The notes under the pieces: generated by a model | Database searches by the model: none | The model's input: only the letters and a program-made list of their open reading frames with translations | Told to the model about the DNA's origin: nothing | Assembly: GCF_018350175.1 (NCBI RefSeq) | Contig: NC_058373.1 | Span: 117,988,001 to 118,052,000 of the forward strand | Direction of reading: 5' to 3' | From: Felis catus | Lineage: Eukaryota | DNA length: 64,000 nt | Translations under genes and position numbers: made by a program | Shown: positions 11,890 to 23,100 of the stretch, piece after piece | Position numbering within the stretch: the first letter of the stretch is position 1 | Layout: each line of letters begins with the position of its first letter

Positions 11890-14000
11890 GAAATCTTTGT
11901 ACCAGTGAGTCACTCCCCATTCTCTGCCTTCTCTTCCCCGACTCCAGGCCCCCTGGAAACCACCTCTTCCTTCCCTTCTCTCCTCCCTTCTCTTTGTATC
12001 TGGATTTGCCTATTCTGGAGATTTCCTATACATTGATTCATGCAGTATGTGGCCTTTTCTGTCCGGCTTCTTTCACTTAATGTTTTCGAGGTTCATCCAC
12101 ATTGTAGCAGGCATCCATACCTCACTCTTTTCATGGTTGAACTCTGTCCTGTGGATGTGGTGTATTTTGTTTATCTGTTCATCAGTTGAATGAGATTTGG
12201 GTTGTTTCTACTTTGGGACAGTTAAGGAATACTGCTGTGAATGTTACCCCGTCCAAATTTTTGCATAGATACAGGTTTTCATTTCTTCTGGGTTTTGCTG
12301 AGTCATGTGGTAACAGTTGAAACTTTTGACAAACTCCCAGACTATTTTTCCAAAGTGGCTGCAGCATTTTGCTTTCCAGCAGCAATGTTTGAGGTTTCTC
12401 CACTCCACATCCTCACCAATACTTGTAGTTACCTGTTGTGTTGTTTTTTTTTATTGTAGCCATCCTGATAAGCATGAAGTGCTATCTTACTGTGGTTTTG
12501 ATTTGCATCTACTTAGTGACTAATGATGTTGAACATCTTTTCATGTTCTAAGTGGCCATTTGTATGTCTAATTTTTTTGCTCATTTCATTGGGTTATTTT
12601 TCCTCTTAAGTTGTTTATATATTCTGTATAGCTGGATCCTTATCAAATACATGATTTAAAAATAATTTTCTTCCATTTTGTGAGTTGTCTTATTACTTTT
12701 GGGGGGGTTCACTTAATAGTGCCCTTTGCACTAAAGTTTTTGATTTTGATGAAGTCCAATTTATTTTTTTCTTATGCTTCAGGTGTTGTATCTAGGAAAC
12801 CATTATTCCATGATCATGATGATTTATACCTTTATTTTCTTCAGAGTTTTATAGTTTTAAATATTGAATCCATTAGAGTTAATTTTTATGTATGATGTGA
12901 AATAGAGATCCAAATTCATTCTTTTGCAGGTGAATATCCGGCAGTCATAGCAGTTGAAAAGATTATTCTTTCCCTCATTGAATAGTCTTGGCACCTTTTT
13001 CAAAAATCAGTTGGGGGATGCATGGCTGGATTAGTCAGTAGAGCATGAGACTCTTAGTAATCTCAGGGTCTTCCAATCCTTGACATGGATGTTTTTCCAT
13101 TTATTTAGATCCTCTTTAATTTCTTTGAGTGTTTTATAGTTTCAATGTACAAGTTATACACTTAACCTTATTATATGTATTTCTAAGTATTCTTTTTGAT
13201 ATTATTGTAAATGGAATTGTTTTCTTTAATTTCAATTTTCAGATAGTTTTTTGCTAGTATGGGATTACAACTCCTTTTTTTTTTTAATATCTTGTATCTT
13301 GCAAACTTGCTTAACTCATTTTTCACCCCTAATAGTTTTTTTGTGTAGTCTTTAGGATTTTTTTTTTTTTTTTTTTTTTTACATAAGATCATGTCATCTG
13401 CAAATAGAAATAGTTTTACTTCTTTTCCTGCTTGGATGCCTTTTATTTCTTTTTCTTGCCGAATTGCCCCTGACTAGAACTTCCAGTACATGTTGAATAG
13501 AAATGGTGAGAATGGACATCCTCGTCTTGTTCCTTATCTTCGGGGAAAACTTGCACTCTTTTCACCATGAAGTATGATGTTAGCTTTGGGTGTTTGTTTT
13601 AAGTAGGCTCCACACCCATGTGGGGCTTGAACTCACAACCCTGAGATCAAGAATCCCGTGCCCTAATGACTGAGCCAGCCAGGCACCCCAGCTTTGGGTA
13701 TTTTGTGGATGCCCTATATCAAGTTGAGGAAGTTATAACGTTTCTATTCCTAGTTTTTAATCATGAGAGGCATTCTGCATCTATTGAGATAATCACATGG
13801 AGTTTTCCCCTCCATTGATTCTGTTAATATGCTGTATTACATGATTGATTTTCCTATGTTGAATCAAACTTATATTCCTGGGATAAATCCTGCTTGCTCA
13901 TCATGTATAATCCTTTTTATATGCTTCTGGATTTGATTTGCTAGCATTTTGTTGAGGATTTGTGTGTCTGTGTCATAAGGTATATTCATATCATAATTTT
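11890..14000 (-). mobile_element. Old L1M 3' UTR/ORF2 remnant, continuation, with short SINE fragments at about 13014-13075 and 13590-13689
   Basis: Antisense L1 phrases such as ggatttgcctattctgga, gttttgatttgcat and atcatgtcatctgcaaatag. Decayed ORF2-like peptide in ORF 13183..13392 (-). Confidence 0.8.
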
Positions 14001-14098
14001 GGTAAGTATTGCCCAATCACTTTCCAAAATTAAATCATGTTTCTTTGAAATTAACGTTGTTCTAACAGAATAATGGTCTCTTAGAAATTATTTTTCTT

Positions 14099-14938
14099 GG
14101 GGCACCTGGGTGGCTCAGCTGGTTAAGCATCCAACTTCGGCTCAGGCCGTGATCTCACAGTTGATGAGTTCGAGCCCTGCAATCGGGCTCTGCTGACAGC
14201 TCAGAACCTGGAGCCTGCTTCAGATTCTGTGTCTCCCTCTCTCTCTGCTCCTCCCCCTGGCTCGGGCTCTGTCTCTTTCTCAAAAACAAATAAAACATTT
14301 AAAAAAATTTTTAAAGGGGTGCGCCTGAGTGGCTCGGTCAGTTAAGTATCTGACTTCAGCTCAAGTCATGATCTCACGGTCCATGGGTTCAAGCCCCACA
14401 TCGGTCTTTCTGTTGTCAGTGCAGAGCCTGGAGCCTGGTTCAGATTCTGTGTCTCCCTCTCTTCTCTGCTCTTCCCCTGCCCTCTCTCTCTCAAAAATAA
14501 ATAGATGTTTAAAAAATAATATTAATATTTAATGTTAATATTTTAAAAAGAAATTATTTTTCTTCTTCAAGTACTTATAAGATTCTCTGAAGGGCAGAGC
14601 CAAGCCCAGCCTTCCACAACACATCTTGCGTAATGCCTGTCTGGCAAAGCAGCTGCAAAGAAGCTGGGATTCAGCATTTTCATCTAGCAAATTGTTAGTG
14701 AGCACTTCTATCAAGACTAGTTTCTCGGGACACTTGGGTGGCTCAGTCATACAGGCATCCGACTCTTGATTTCGGCTCAGGTCATGATCTCACAGTAGGT
14801 TCAAGCTCCACACGGGGTTCTGTGCTGACAGCATGAGCCTGCTTGGGATTTTCTCTCTCCTCTCTCTGCCCCTCCCCTGCTCATGCTCAGTCTCACAAAA
14901 CAAAACAACCAGCCTTAAAAAAAAAAAAAAAAAAAAAA
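14099..14938 (+). mobile_element. Three plus-strand Can-SINEs (about 14099-14312, 14316-14520, 14726-14938)
   Basis: tRNA-derived heads, (CT)n tracts and A tails. Confidence 0.88.
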
Positions 14939-14939
14939 A

Positions 14940-15165
14940 GTTTCTCTACTTCAGCTCTATTTGGAGCTGGGTTAATTCATTGTAGGGGACTATCCTGTGT
15001 ATTGTAAGATGGTTAACAGCATCTCTGACTTCTTCTCACTAACTGGCAATGTCATCCACCTCCATCACTGCCCCTCCCCCCAAGTTGTGACAAACAAAAC
15101 TGTCTCCAGACATTGCCAAAAGTCCCCTGGTAAATAAAATTGTCCTCAGTTAAGAAACACTGATC
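14940..15165. mobile_element. MER20-like hAT DNA transposon remnant
   Basis: Motif aaaactgtctccagacattgccaaaagtcccctgg is characteristic of MER20. Confidence 0.7.
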
Positions 15166-15269
15166 TAAAAACTGATAAATGTGAATTTTCTATTACTATC
15201 CAATAAAATTATCTCTAATTTTGAATTCAGATCTTCACTGTATATTTTGCTTTGGATCTACATTTGTCT

Positions 15270-18260
15270 CAGTCTGTGTCCTCACATGTTGATGACTCTC
15301 AAATCTGTATCTTTAGCCTTGTTTCCTCTCTGGATTCCCAGACGCTTTTTACAGCTGCCTGCCTCTGTTCTGCAGGCATCTTGAATTTGGTGTGTACAAA
15401 ACGAGTCTCATTGTCTTCTCTCCCGCAAACTGCTCTTCTTCCTTTATTCTTGGTCTCCCAGGTCAGGACCCTACCAGTTAGTCACTTAACTGGTTCCTCA
15501 CTCCTCTGTCTCCACCTGTCACATGAAATTCACCTGAGTCTAAGTTCAAGATCCTCTGTTCCAAGTGTCACTTCCATAGCCGGTGAGTTCATCTCATCTG
15601 GTTTGCTGCAGCAGTCCTTAACTTCCAGCTTATTCTCTGTGCTGCCTGTATAGTGCCCTTTCCGACATGGATGTCTAATCATAGCAGAGGCCTCATGGGC
15701 TGGCCCTGCCTGCCTTTCCAGCCTCATCCCTCAACCACTTGTACTTTAGGCTCTGGCCATAGCAAACTGCTTGCTGCAGGCACTCCAACCACAACTCAGA
15801 CTGTCTCTCCCCTCTAGCCCTTCCACTCAGAGCAATGACTCTCTTCTTTTTTGCTACACCTGGAGAGACCTGAGTTTTCACTTATGAGGCACTGCGGGAA
15901 CCGGTTCATACATCTACGTCCCTAGTGATCAACTAGTGTCTTGAGAATGGAAACCACAGTTTATTTCTCTCTGCCTGCTCCCCAGGGCTCAGTGGGTTCT
16001 CTGTAAATCTGTGTTGAATAGCAAATGAAAGTGCCTAGAGCAGAAAGGGGCTACCTGGGATTTTAAAGTAGCTGCAGGGTTGTTTTGGTGTTTGTTTAGT
16101 TCAGTGAACATTTACTGAGAACCAACTAGGTCATGGGTGCTAGGAACAGAGGAAGGAACAAGGCAGGATCTTTGCTTAGAAAATTCACATCACATTTAAC
16201 ATGAGATGGGAGTACAAAGTTTGGTAGAGTGATAAGGACAAGTGTAATGCATAAAGTGGATACTGAGAATGAACTAGATCTGTATTCGGGAAGACTCTCC
16301 CCACCCCTGAAATAGGCTTCTTAAAAGTACAAAAAGATCCCTCTTCACCATACTCTAATCCTTTCTGTGTTCAGTCTACTTCTATTTGTTGTGACTTTTT
16401 AAAATGACTTTGGCTTGGGGGCCCTGGGTGGCTCAGTCGGTTAAGCATGCAACTCTTGATTTCAGCTCAGGTCATCATCTCACAGTTTGTGAGATCGAGC
16501 CCAGCGTCGGGCGCCATGCTGACAGTGTGGAGCCTGCTTGGGATTCTCACTCTTTCTCTCTCTCTCTGCCCTTCCCTCCCCTCCCCCCCCCCCGCCCAAA
16601 ATAAATAAATGAACTTGAAAAAAATAAAATGACTTTGGCTTGATGTTGCTTATCAGATTGGTTGATGTTGTCAGCCTCTCATTCTGTTGCAGAACCTGAA
16701 CCTGTGTTTGTGTGAGGTGATGGTGTAGAAATAGTCCAAAATCAGCACTCACTAGTTATTATTTACCGTGTCCTCGTCATTTTGTGCCCTTCTTTTGAGA
16801 ATAAGGTTGCAGGTAGGCCATGCTCCTGCCTCCTGATCTGAAGCCTTTGACTTAACCATTACTGTGTTCTTCACTGGAGTCATGCATTATTTCATAATTA
16901 AAGCAAACTGGGGTCATATGTATAGAATGTGCAGTCTACAGAAATTTTTATCTTTTTATGTCAGTATGGCATCTTTTTCTTCTCTTTTTTTTTTTTTTTT
17001 TAATGTTTATTTTTGAGAGAGAAAGAAGAGAGAGTGTGAGCAGGGGAAGGGCAGAGAGAGGGAGACACAGAATCTGAAGCAGCTCCAGACTCTGAGCTGT
17101 CAGCAAGAGCCCAACTTGGGACTCAAACTCATGAACTGCGAGCAAGATCATGACCTGAGCCAAAGTTGAATGCTTAACCAACTGAACCACCCAGGCGCCC
17201 CTCTTCTCATCAATTTTCTTAACACTAGTCCTACCTATTTCCCTTTGTCTGCACAGTGCCTCTTAGCTTGTAACTTAACTAGTTACAAGCTAACTATTTA
17301 CTAACTAGTTAATAAATACAACTTTATTCTTAAATGAAGATTAGGAAAATTGATCCTTAGGGAGACCAATGTGTGTGGTGTCCAGGAGCCATGAAAATGG
17401 GTTGCTTAGGGAGATGAATAAAGTTGTTACACTGTTGAACAGAGGTGAAGGCTGCGGTAGTGGTATTATTTACAGAGAAGGGAAAAAGGGATAGGTAAAA
17501 GCAGAGGGGGAGCTAGGGAGAGATCATGGGCTCTGAGCCTATTGAGTCTGCTGTCACTTTGGAAGGAGGAGGTGGTGTTGGAAGAAGTGGATGCCCAGGA
17601 GGGATGTTAGGGCTTGGAGATGAATCTGTGTTGGCAGGTGAGATGATAGAAGTATGAAGAGGATCTAGGACAGAACAGTAGAAAACGCACCTATGGGGAA
17701 ACCAGAAAAGGCTGAATTTGACAAGAGGAAAACCAAGAGAAAGAGATTCCAGAAGCCAAAGAAAGAGTGAAGCTTCATGGCATCGCATGTGGTAGGAATG
17801 GACTAAAAAGAGACCACTGGCTTTGGCAAGTAGGACCTCACAGGAGCGTTTCAGCAGAAAGGTGAGGGAGGCGGCCTGACTGTAGTGGGCTGAGGAATGA
17901 CTGGGAAACCAACAGGTGGGATGTGTGCACATAGACCACGTGCTCAGAATACTCCTCTTCCTTTTGGGTCGGAGAGGGAGCGCATACAAATGAAAAACCT
18001 GGCCGTGTTCGTAAGCCGAGAGAAGGACGGGAAATTGATGGAACATGCGTGGGAACGGGTAGCTGCAGAGTCTGAGGAATGTGAGCATCAGCCAGGTGGC
18101 GTGGGTTTGCCAGGAAGAGGCCCAGGGACGCCTGTTTCTCCAAGACCAGAGAGAAAACCGTTAGAAGTATGAAAGGCAGATGTTTGTGGAAGGAAGGGAG
18201 AGAAGTTGGGGTGTTCATTTCTGGCCACATCGCTCTTCTCTGTGAGGCAGGGACCTATGC
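15270..18260. mobile_element. L2 remnants (about 15270-16030 +, about 17330-18260 -) with Can-SINEs at about 16417-16630 (+) and 16985-17200 (-)
   Basis: L2-like phrases (gatgactctcaaatctgtatct, gaccactggctttggcaagtaggacctca) and SINE consensus. Confidence 0.6.
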
Positions 18261-19555
18261 TACCAAGTAAGGGCCAGAAGAAAGTGGGAAGAGTGTGGGG
18301 ACAGTGGCAACACCCTGCGTTGTTGAGAGTGACTCCAACTAGGTTAATTCATACTGTCCCAGCAGAGGATGACAATTTAAGACAAAATAAGACATTTATG
18401 ATGACTCCACATCCGCAGGGCTACAGACTTTGCTTCACTAGTGCTCCATTCTGACACAGGACTGGAGAGCGTCTGGTGAAAGTAATCCGGGTTATGGGAT
18501 GACCCAGTGGGGGAGGCAGACTGACTGTCTGAAGCAAGCAAACTGAGGACTTTGTTATAGAATTCGCAAAATGTTTGCGTAAGTACTAGACCAGAAGTCC
18601 AGACTTTTGGTGCTCTGATGCCAATAAGCATTCCCCACTCAGAAGTATAAGTTGGAAAATAGAGGCAAATAGATTTCTAGCCTATTCTTTGCATTCAGCC
18701 CTCGAAATGTTCTTCTACTTTTGTTATCGCATTTGAATATGGTTTTAAAGTATATTCAGTAAAAAAAAAGGCATTCGGTAAGATGTCATCATTGTCTCCC
18801 ATGGGTTGGAGGTGGGGGGAGTCACCAGGTGTTGGAAAAGCAGCTGGTCCATGTACCACAGTTTGATCTTTTTAAGACCTCTTACTGTGATTCCCAGTGT
18901 TGAAACTTGTGATTCAAGTGCTGGTTTCAGGCTATATAAGATTTGAAAAAGCCACTTGAAATATGGCAATACGTGTCATTAAGAATGTTATTTCATTTTT
19001 ATTTTTAAAAATGCATGTGCACACCTGTCCCCTTAACAGCTAGCATACTTCAGGAAGTTAAAACCTTTATACAGCATGTTGAGAAGTCCCACACACTAGC
19101 TCTCCTTTAGTTATTTCACAGTTTTCCCTGCTCAGTGCTGGAATTGTGTAGGAGAAAGTGTTCACTGTCAACTGTTCTCTATGAATAGGGATGTGTGTGG
19201 ATTGAAAGAAAAATTATATGCCCTGGTGTTATCCGGTAAAGAAAAGAAAGAAGAATAACCTAAGAATTTCCATGCCAGCCTCAACTGCCATCTAAAGTAA
19301 TTGTGAGAATCTGTCATCAGCTCACACAGTGACCCAGGGAACCAGAGGTTGGCAGATTGGCAGGCCAGGTGTTAACTGTGAGGTAGGACAACTGTAGCCA
19401 AAGAAGTGGCTTCAGGAGCATGGGATTTTACCGGTATCTCCTATAAAGGAGGCAGCCTTTATAGGCGAGGCTTGGTGTGTTGGCTCTGGTGAGAACCCAT
19501 TTTGAGCCATCCTTTTGCCTAGCTCTGAGCATGAAGGAACTATCAAGAAGCAAAA

Positions 19556-19935
19556 AGGCGCCTTGGGTGGTCAATTAAGCGTCAACTCTTGATATCAGCT
19601 CAGGTCATGATGCAGAGCCTGCTTGGGATTCTCTCTCCCTCTCTGTCTGCACCTCCCCTCCTTGCTCACATGCACTCTCTCTCTTAAAACTAAACATTAA
19701 AAAAAAAAAAAAAAAGGGGGCAAACAGGGACGCCCGGGTGGCTCAGTTGATTTAAGTGTCTGACTGTGGCTCACGTCATGATCTCACAGTTCGTGACTTC
19801 AGGCCCCGCGTCAGGCTCTGTGCTGACAGCTCCGAGCCTAAAGCCTGTTTCAGATTCTGTGTCTCCCTCTCTCTGCCCCTCCCCTGCTCTCACTCTTGTT
19901 TCTCTTTCTCAAAAATAAATAAAACATTAAAAAAA
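19556..19935 (+). mobile_element. Two tandem plus-strand Can-SINEs just upstream of DCAF4 exon 2
   Basis: SINE heads at about 19556 and 19727, (CT)n tracts and A tails. Confidence 0.85.
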
Positions 19936-20020
19936 TATTTTTGTTTAAAACAAACAGAAAAGTGCATACACACACATATTTGTATGTAAACTTTCTTTTT
20001 TTTCTCTTTTAGGAACAGAA

Positions 20021-20109
20021 ATGCATAAAAACAACAGGCAGAATAGAAGACGTGTGCGAAGAGGCCACCAGCAGAACCCTTGGTTCAGACAACACGGTTC
20101 TGACGAGAG
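20021..20109 (+). CDS. DCAF4: DCAF4 exon 2 coding part ([29 protein letters not shown]); exon starts 20013
   Basis: Polypyrimidine tract and AG at 20011-20012, gaaATG at 20021, GC donor AG|GCAAGT at 20110. Confidence 0.88.
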
Positions 20110-23100
20110 GCAAGTGCTGCTGCCCAGTGCCACCCCAGCCCGTGCAGCCTGTCCGTGCACGGGAGTCACAGGGTTCTCATCAAAAGGCAGGGTCTGAGCC
20201 GGGGCCCACGTTCCCAGTGCCACTGCTGCAGGTCAGCCTGCCCACCACCGATTGAGTAGTTAGGAGATATGGCCGGACTCTTTTCTTCTGAGAGTGACCA
20301 TGACCTCTGTACAGAGTATTAGCCAGAGGCTTAGAAGGAGACCTTAACAGATGGAACTCGAGAGCTGTTTTTCTGTTTTGCGGCCTTTTTTTTTTCTCTC
20401 TCTCCCTTTTTTTCTAGCCAATGAAAATAGCTTTCTGGAGACCTAATTTCATTTAGCCTAAGTCCTTAGAAAGGCTAAATATATAATATTGTATATATAA
20501 TAAACACAAAAAGGTATAAAGAATAATACAATGAACATCATGTACCCGCTACCTAGTTTAGAAAGTAAAACTTAGTCTGTACTCAAAGTCCCCAGCATAA
20601 AACATGTTCCATTCTCAACTTATTTTTCTTATGGCCAGAAGTCCTGTTGGCCTTGAGCTGTGGGGAGTGTCTTATCCTGCTGTAGGTGGGCATCTTGTTC
20701 TGGGACTGGACTGTGTTTCTTTCATGCAGAAATCTTTCCACAGCCCCCTCCTCACCAGAGAAAGCCTGCATGCCAATTTCAAAATTCTGCCATACTTCAG
20801 ACCTCCTTCTAAACTGGACGGGTGTCTAACTACAGGGTCAGAAGATGCCAGATACCAAGATGCTTCTCTAGAACAGATTGACCTAAACAGTAATAAAAAC
20901 CACCAAAGTGTCGTGGAAAGAACAAGGGCTTTGGAATCAGAAGGTCTAGGTTTGGCACTCTGCTTTTTCCTATGTGAATTTGGGCAAGTTACTTCACTCT
21001 GAGTCACCCTTGTACAAGAGAGCTAGTACAAGGTTTGCAATACTGTTATGTAAAGCCTCTGATGGGCTTCCTGCCTCTGAGCAGGCCCTTCATACATGGT
21101 GGGCCTCATTAGGTGCAGGATAAAATCGGTGACTCTGAGCCAGAGTCCCAGACTTGACCCATATTGCGGAAAGATCAGGACGGTGCCCAGTGTTTGTATG
21201 TTTTGTAAGGAGAGCTATGGATATTTTGGGGGCCCCGGGCCTTCGCACGAGAGTCCAATGTGCAGCGAAATGTGATCTGTGCAAAAAGAGCACTACTCTT
21301 CCTGGCAGGTACTGTGGAAACACGCCAGACAGCCACCTTTTGGGCTCTGTATAGACAGATTGGAACAGCATTCCTTGGACTAGAAATGTAGACGTTTGTC
21401 ATGATGCTTAATCCTTCTCTTGCTGCTGATCACTCTTGCTCTTGATGCTTAATCCTTCTCTTGCGGCAGCCAGATGAGCTGCCTCAGAAAGGTCCGGGCC
21501 ATAAAAAGGGAGAGCAAATGATTTTCTCTGAAATGGCATAGTTAGAATTCACAGACAGAAGACAAAGTTCTTTCATTCCTTCAGCCTAGTGATTCAGTTT
21601 GTATTCCTTTGAGGGATAGGCAGGAAGTTCTTGATTTTAAAGTGGATTTTGTCAGGATTCTAAAATTAGGTGTTTTGCTGTATCGTTATAGCCTTCAGCC
21701 TGTAATTGCCACAGAAGCTGCTTGTAGTTTTGCAAATCAGGTGTTTAAACCATGGCTCTATCCCAGTATTAACTGAGCAAATCACCTCTGTGCCCTGAAC
21801 CCCGGTTTCTCCATCTGTCAGCTTGTGTAGCCAGGTAAAATTTAAACCCTTTGTACTGCTGAATCCAATAAAGAATGAAATGCACCTGGCCTTGTAACTG
21901 CTGTTGAGCTGACAGATGAGCCCAGCTGGTAACATTCTCATTGGCAAAGATTTCTGTTCCCCTTTTCATTTGGAAATTTTGAAAAGATCTCACAAAATGC
22001 TCACATGAGGAGACAAGGAAAGGGAATTACTGTGACCCGTGTCCTGTTAAGGATGAGGAACCAAAACCTTGCCCTGACTTCTGTATATCTGTAGTAGGTA
22101 ACACTGCTTTCCAGGAAAAGAGAGGTCAGAGCTCCCCAGGTAATCAGAAGAATCAGAGGGTTGAAATGAAGGCCATGGAACTGCCTTGACTGACCCCAGC
22201 AGGATCCCACAGTCAGAGAATGGGACTCAAGCTCCTCACTGCAAGTCACTGTGACTGTGTGTCAACAGGTGTAACACAGCAGCACAGCAAAGCCCACAGG
22301 ATTCTGGCCGTGCCGATGATGACGAGGCCCCATCGACCTCATCTGGCACAGCTGGGAGTTCTTCCGCGCCAGGTGAGGCGTCTGCTGGATGGTAGACCTC
22401 CTGTGTCCCTGCCTGTAGAAAAGATGAAACCTCACCCTGCCTCATCGTCTGGTTCTAACTGTTCTGGCTGCCCTTCTTAGCCATGTGTGTCTGCACTTGC
22501 ATGTGGGTGAACTCCATGTGTGTCAACGACACCTGTTCCCGGCTTGGAGGAAACTCTGGAGCAAATTAAAACACTGACTAAACATCCTGACTGTGTCAGG
22601 AATGGGGATTCTGAGGCAAACGGCTCCGCCAGTGCAGGACCGAAATGGGCGTCGGATGGGGAGTGACAATGTTAGCCCACCTCCCGCCCCTCAGAAAAGA
22701 CAGGCATCTGTAAGGGGTGGTGTGGACAGATCACTGGGTTCCTTCATAGGTGGGTCAGTGCAGTGTTTAAGTGGATTTCATTTCTTTTTGACTAAAGATC
22801 TGCCAGGGTATTACTTTGACCCGGAAAAGAAGCGCTACTTCCGCTTGCTCCCCGGACATAACAATTGCAACCCCCTCACAAAGGAGAGCATCCGGCACAA
22901 GGAGATGGAAAGCAAAAGGCTGCAGCTGCTGGAGGAAGAAGACAAGCAGAAAAAGGTGGGCTCCACACTCGTGATGGCCACATCCATCCACTGCTGATAG
23001 GAGGTGCCGAGCAGATGCCTCTGTAACACTTAGCATGGTGCACTTGAGGGAATGTGACATCAACCTTCCACCATAGTAATCTGATGAAGCGAGTAAGAAG

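Noticed and set aside
20110..20231. Extending exon 2 to the GT donor at 20232
   Set aside because: An in-frame TGA lies before that donor and the phase does not match exon 3.
21402..21464. 22-bp direct repeat TGATGCTTAATCCTTCTCTTGC with a CTGA between the copies, resembling a C/D snoRNA
   Set aside because: No proper RTGATGA C box or terminal stem. A simple local duplication explains it.
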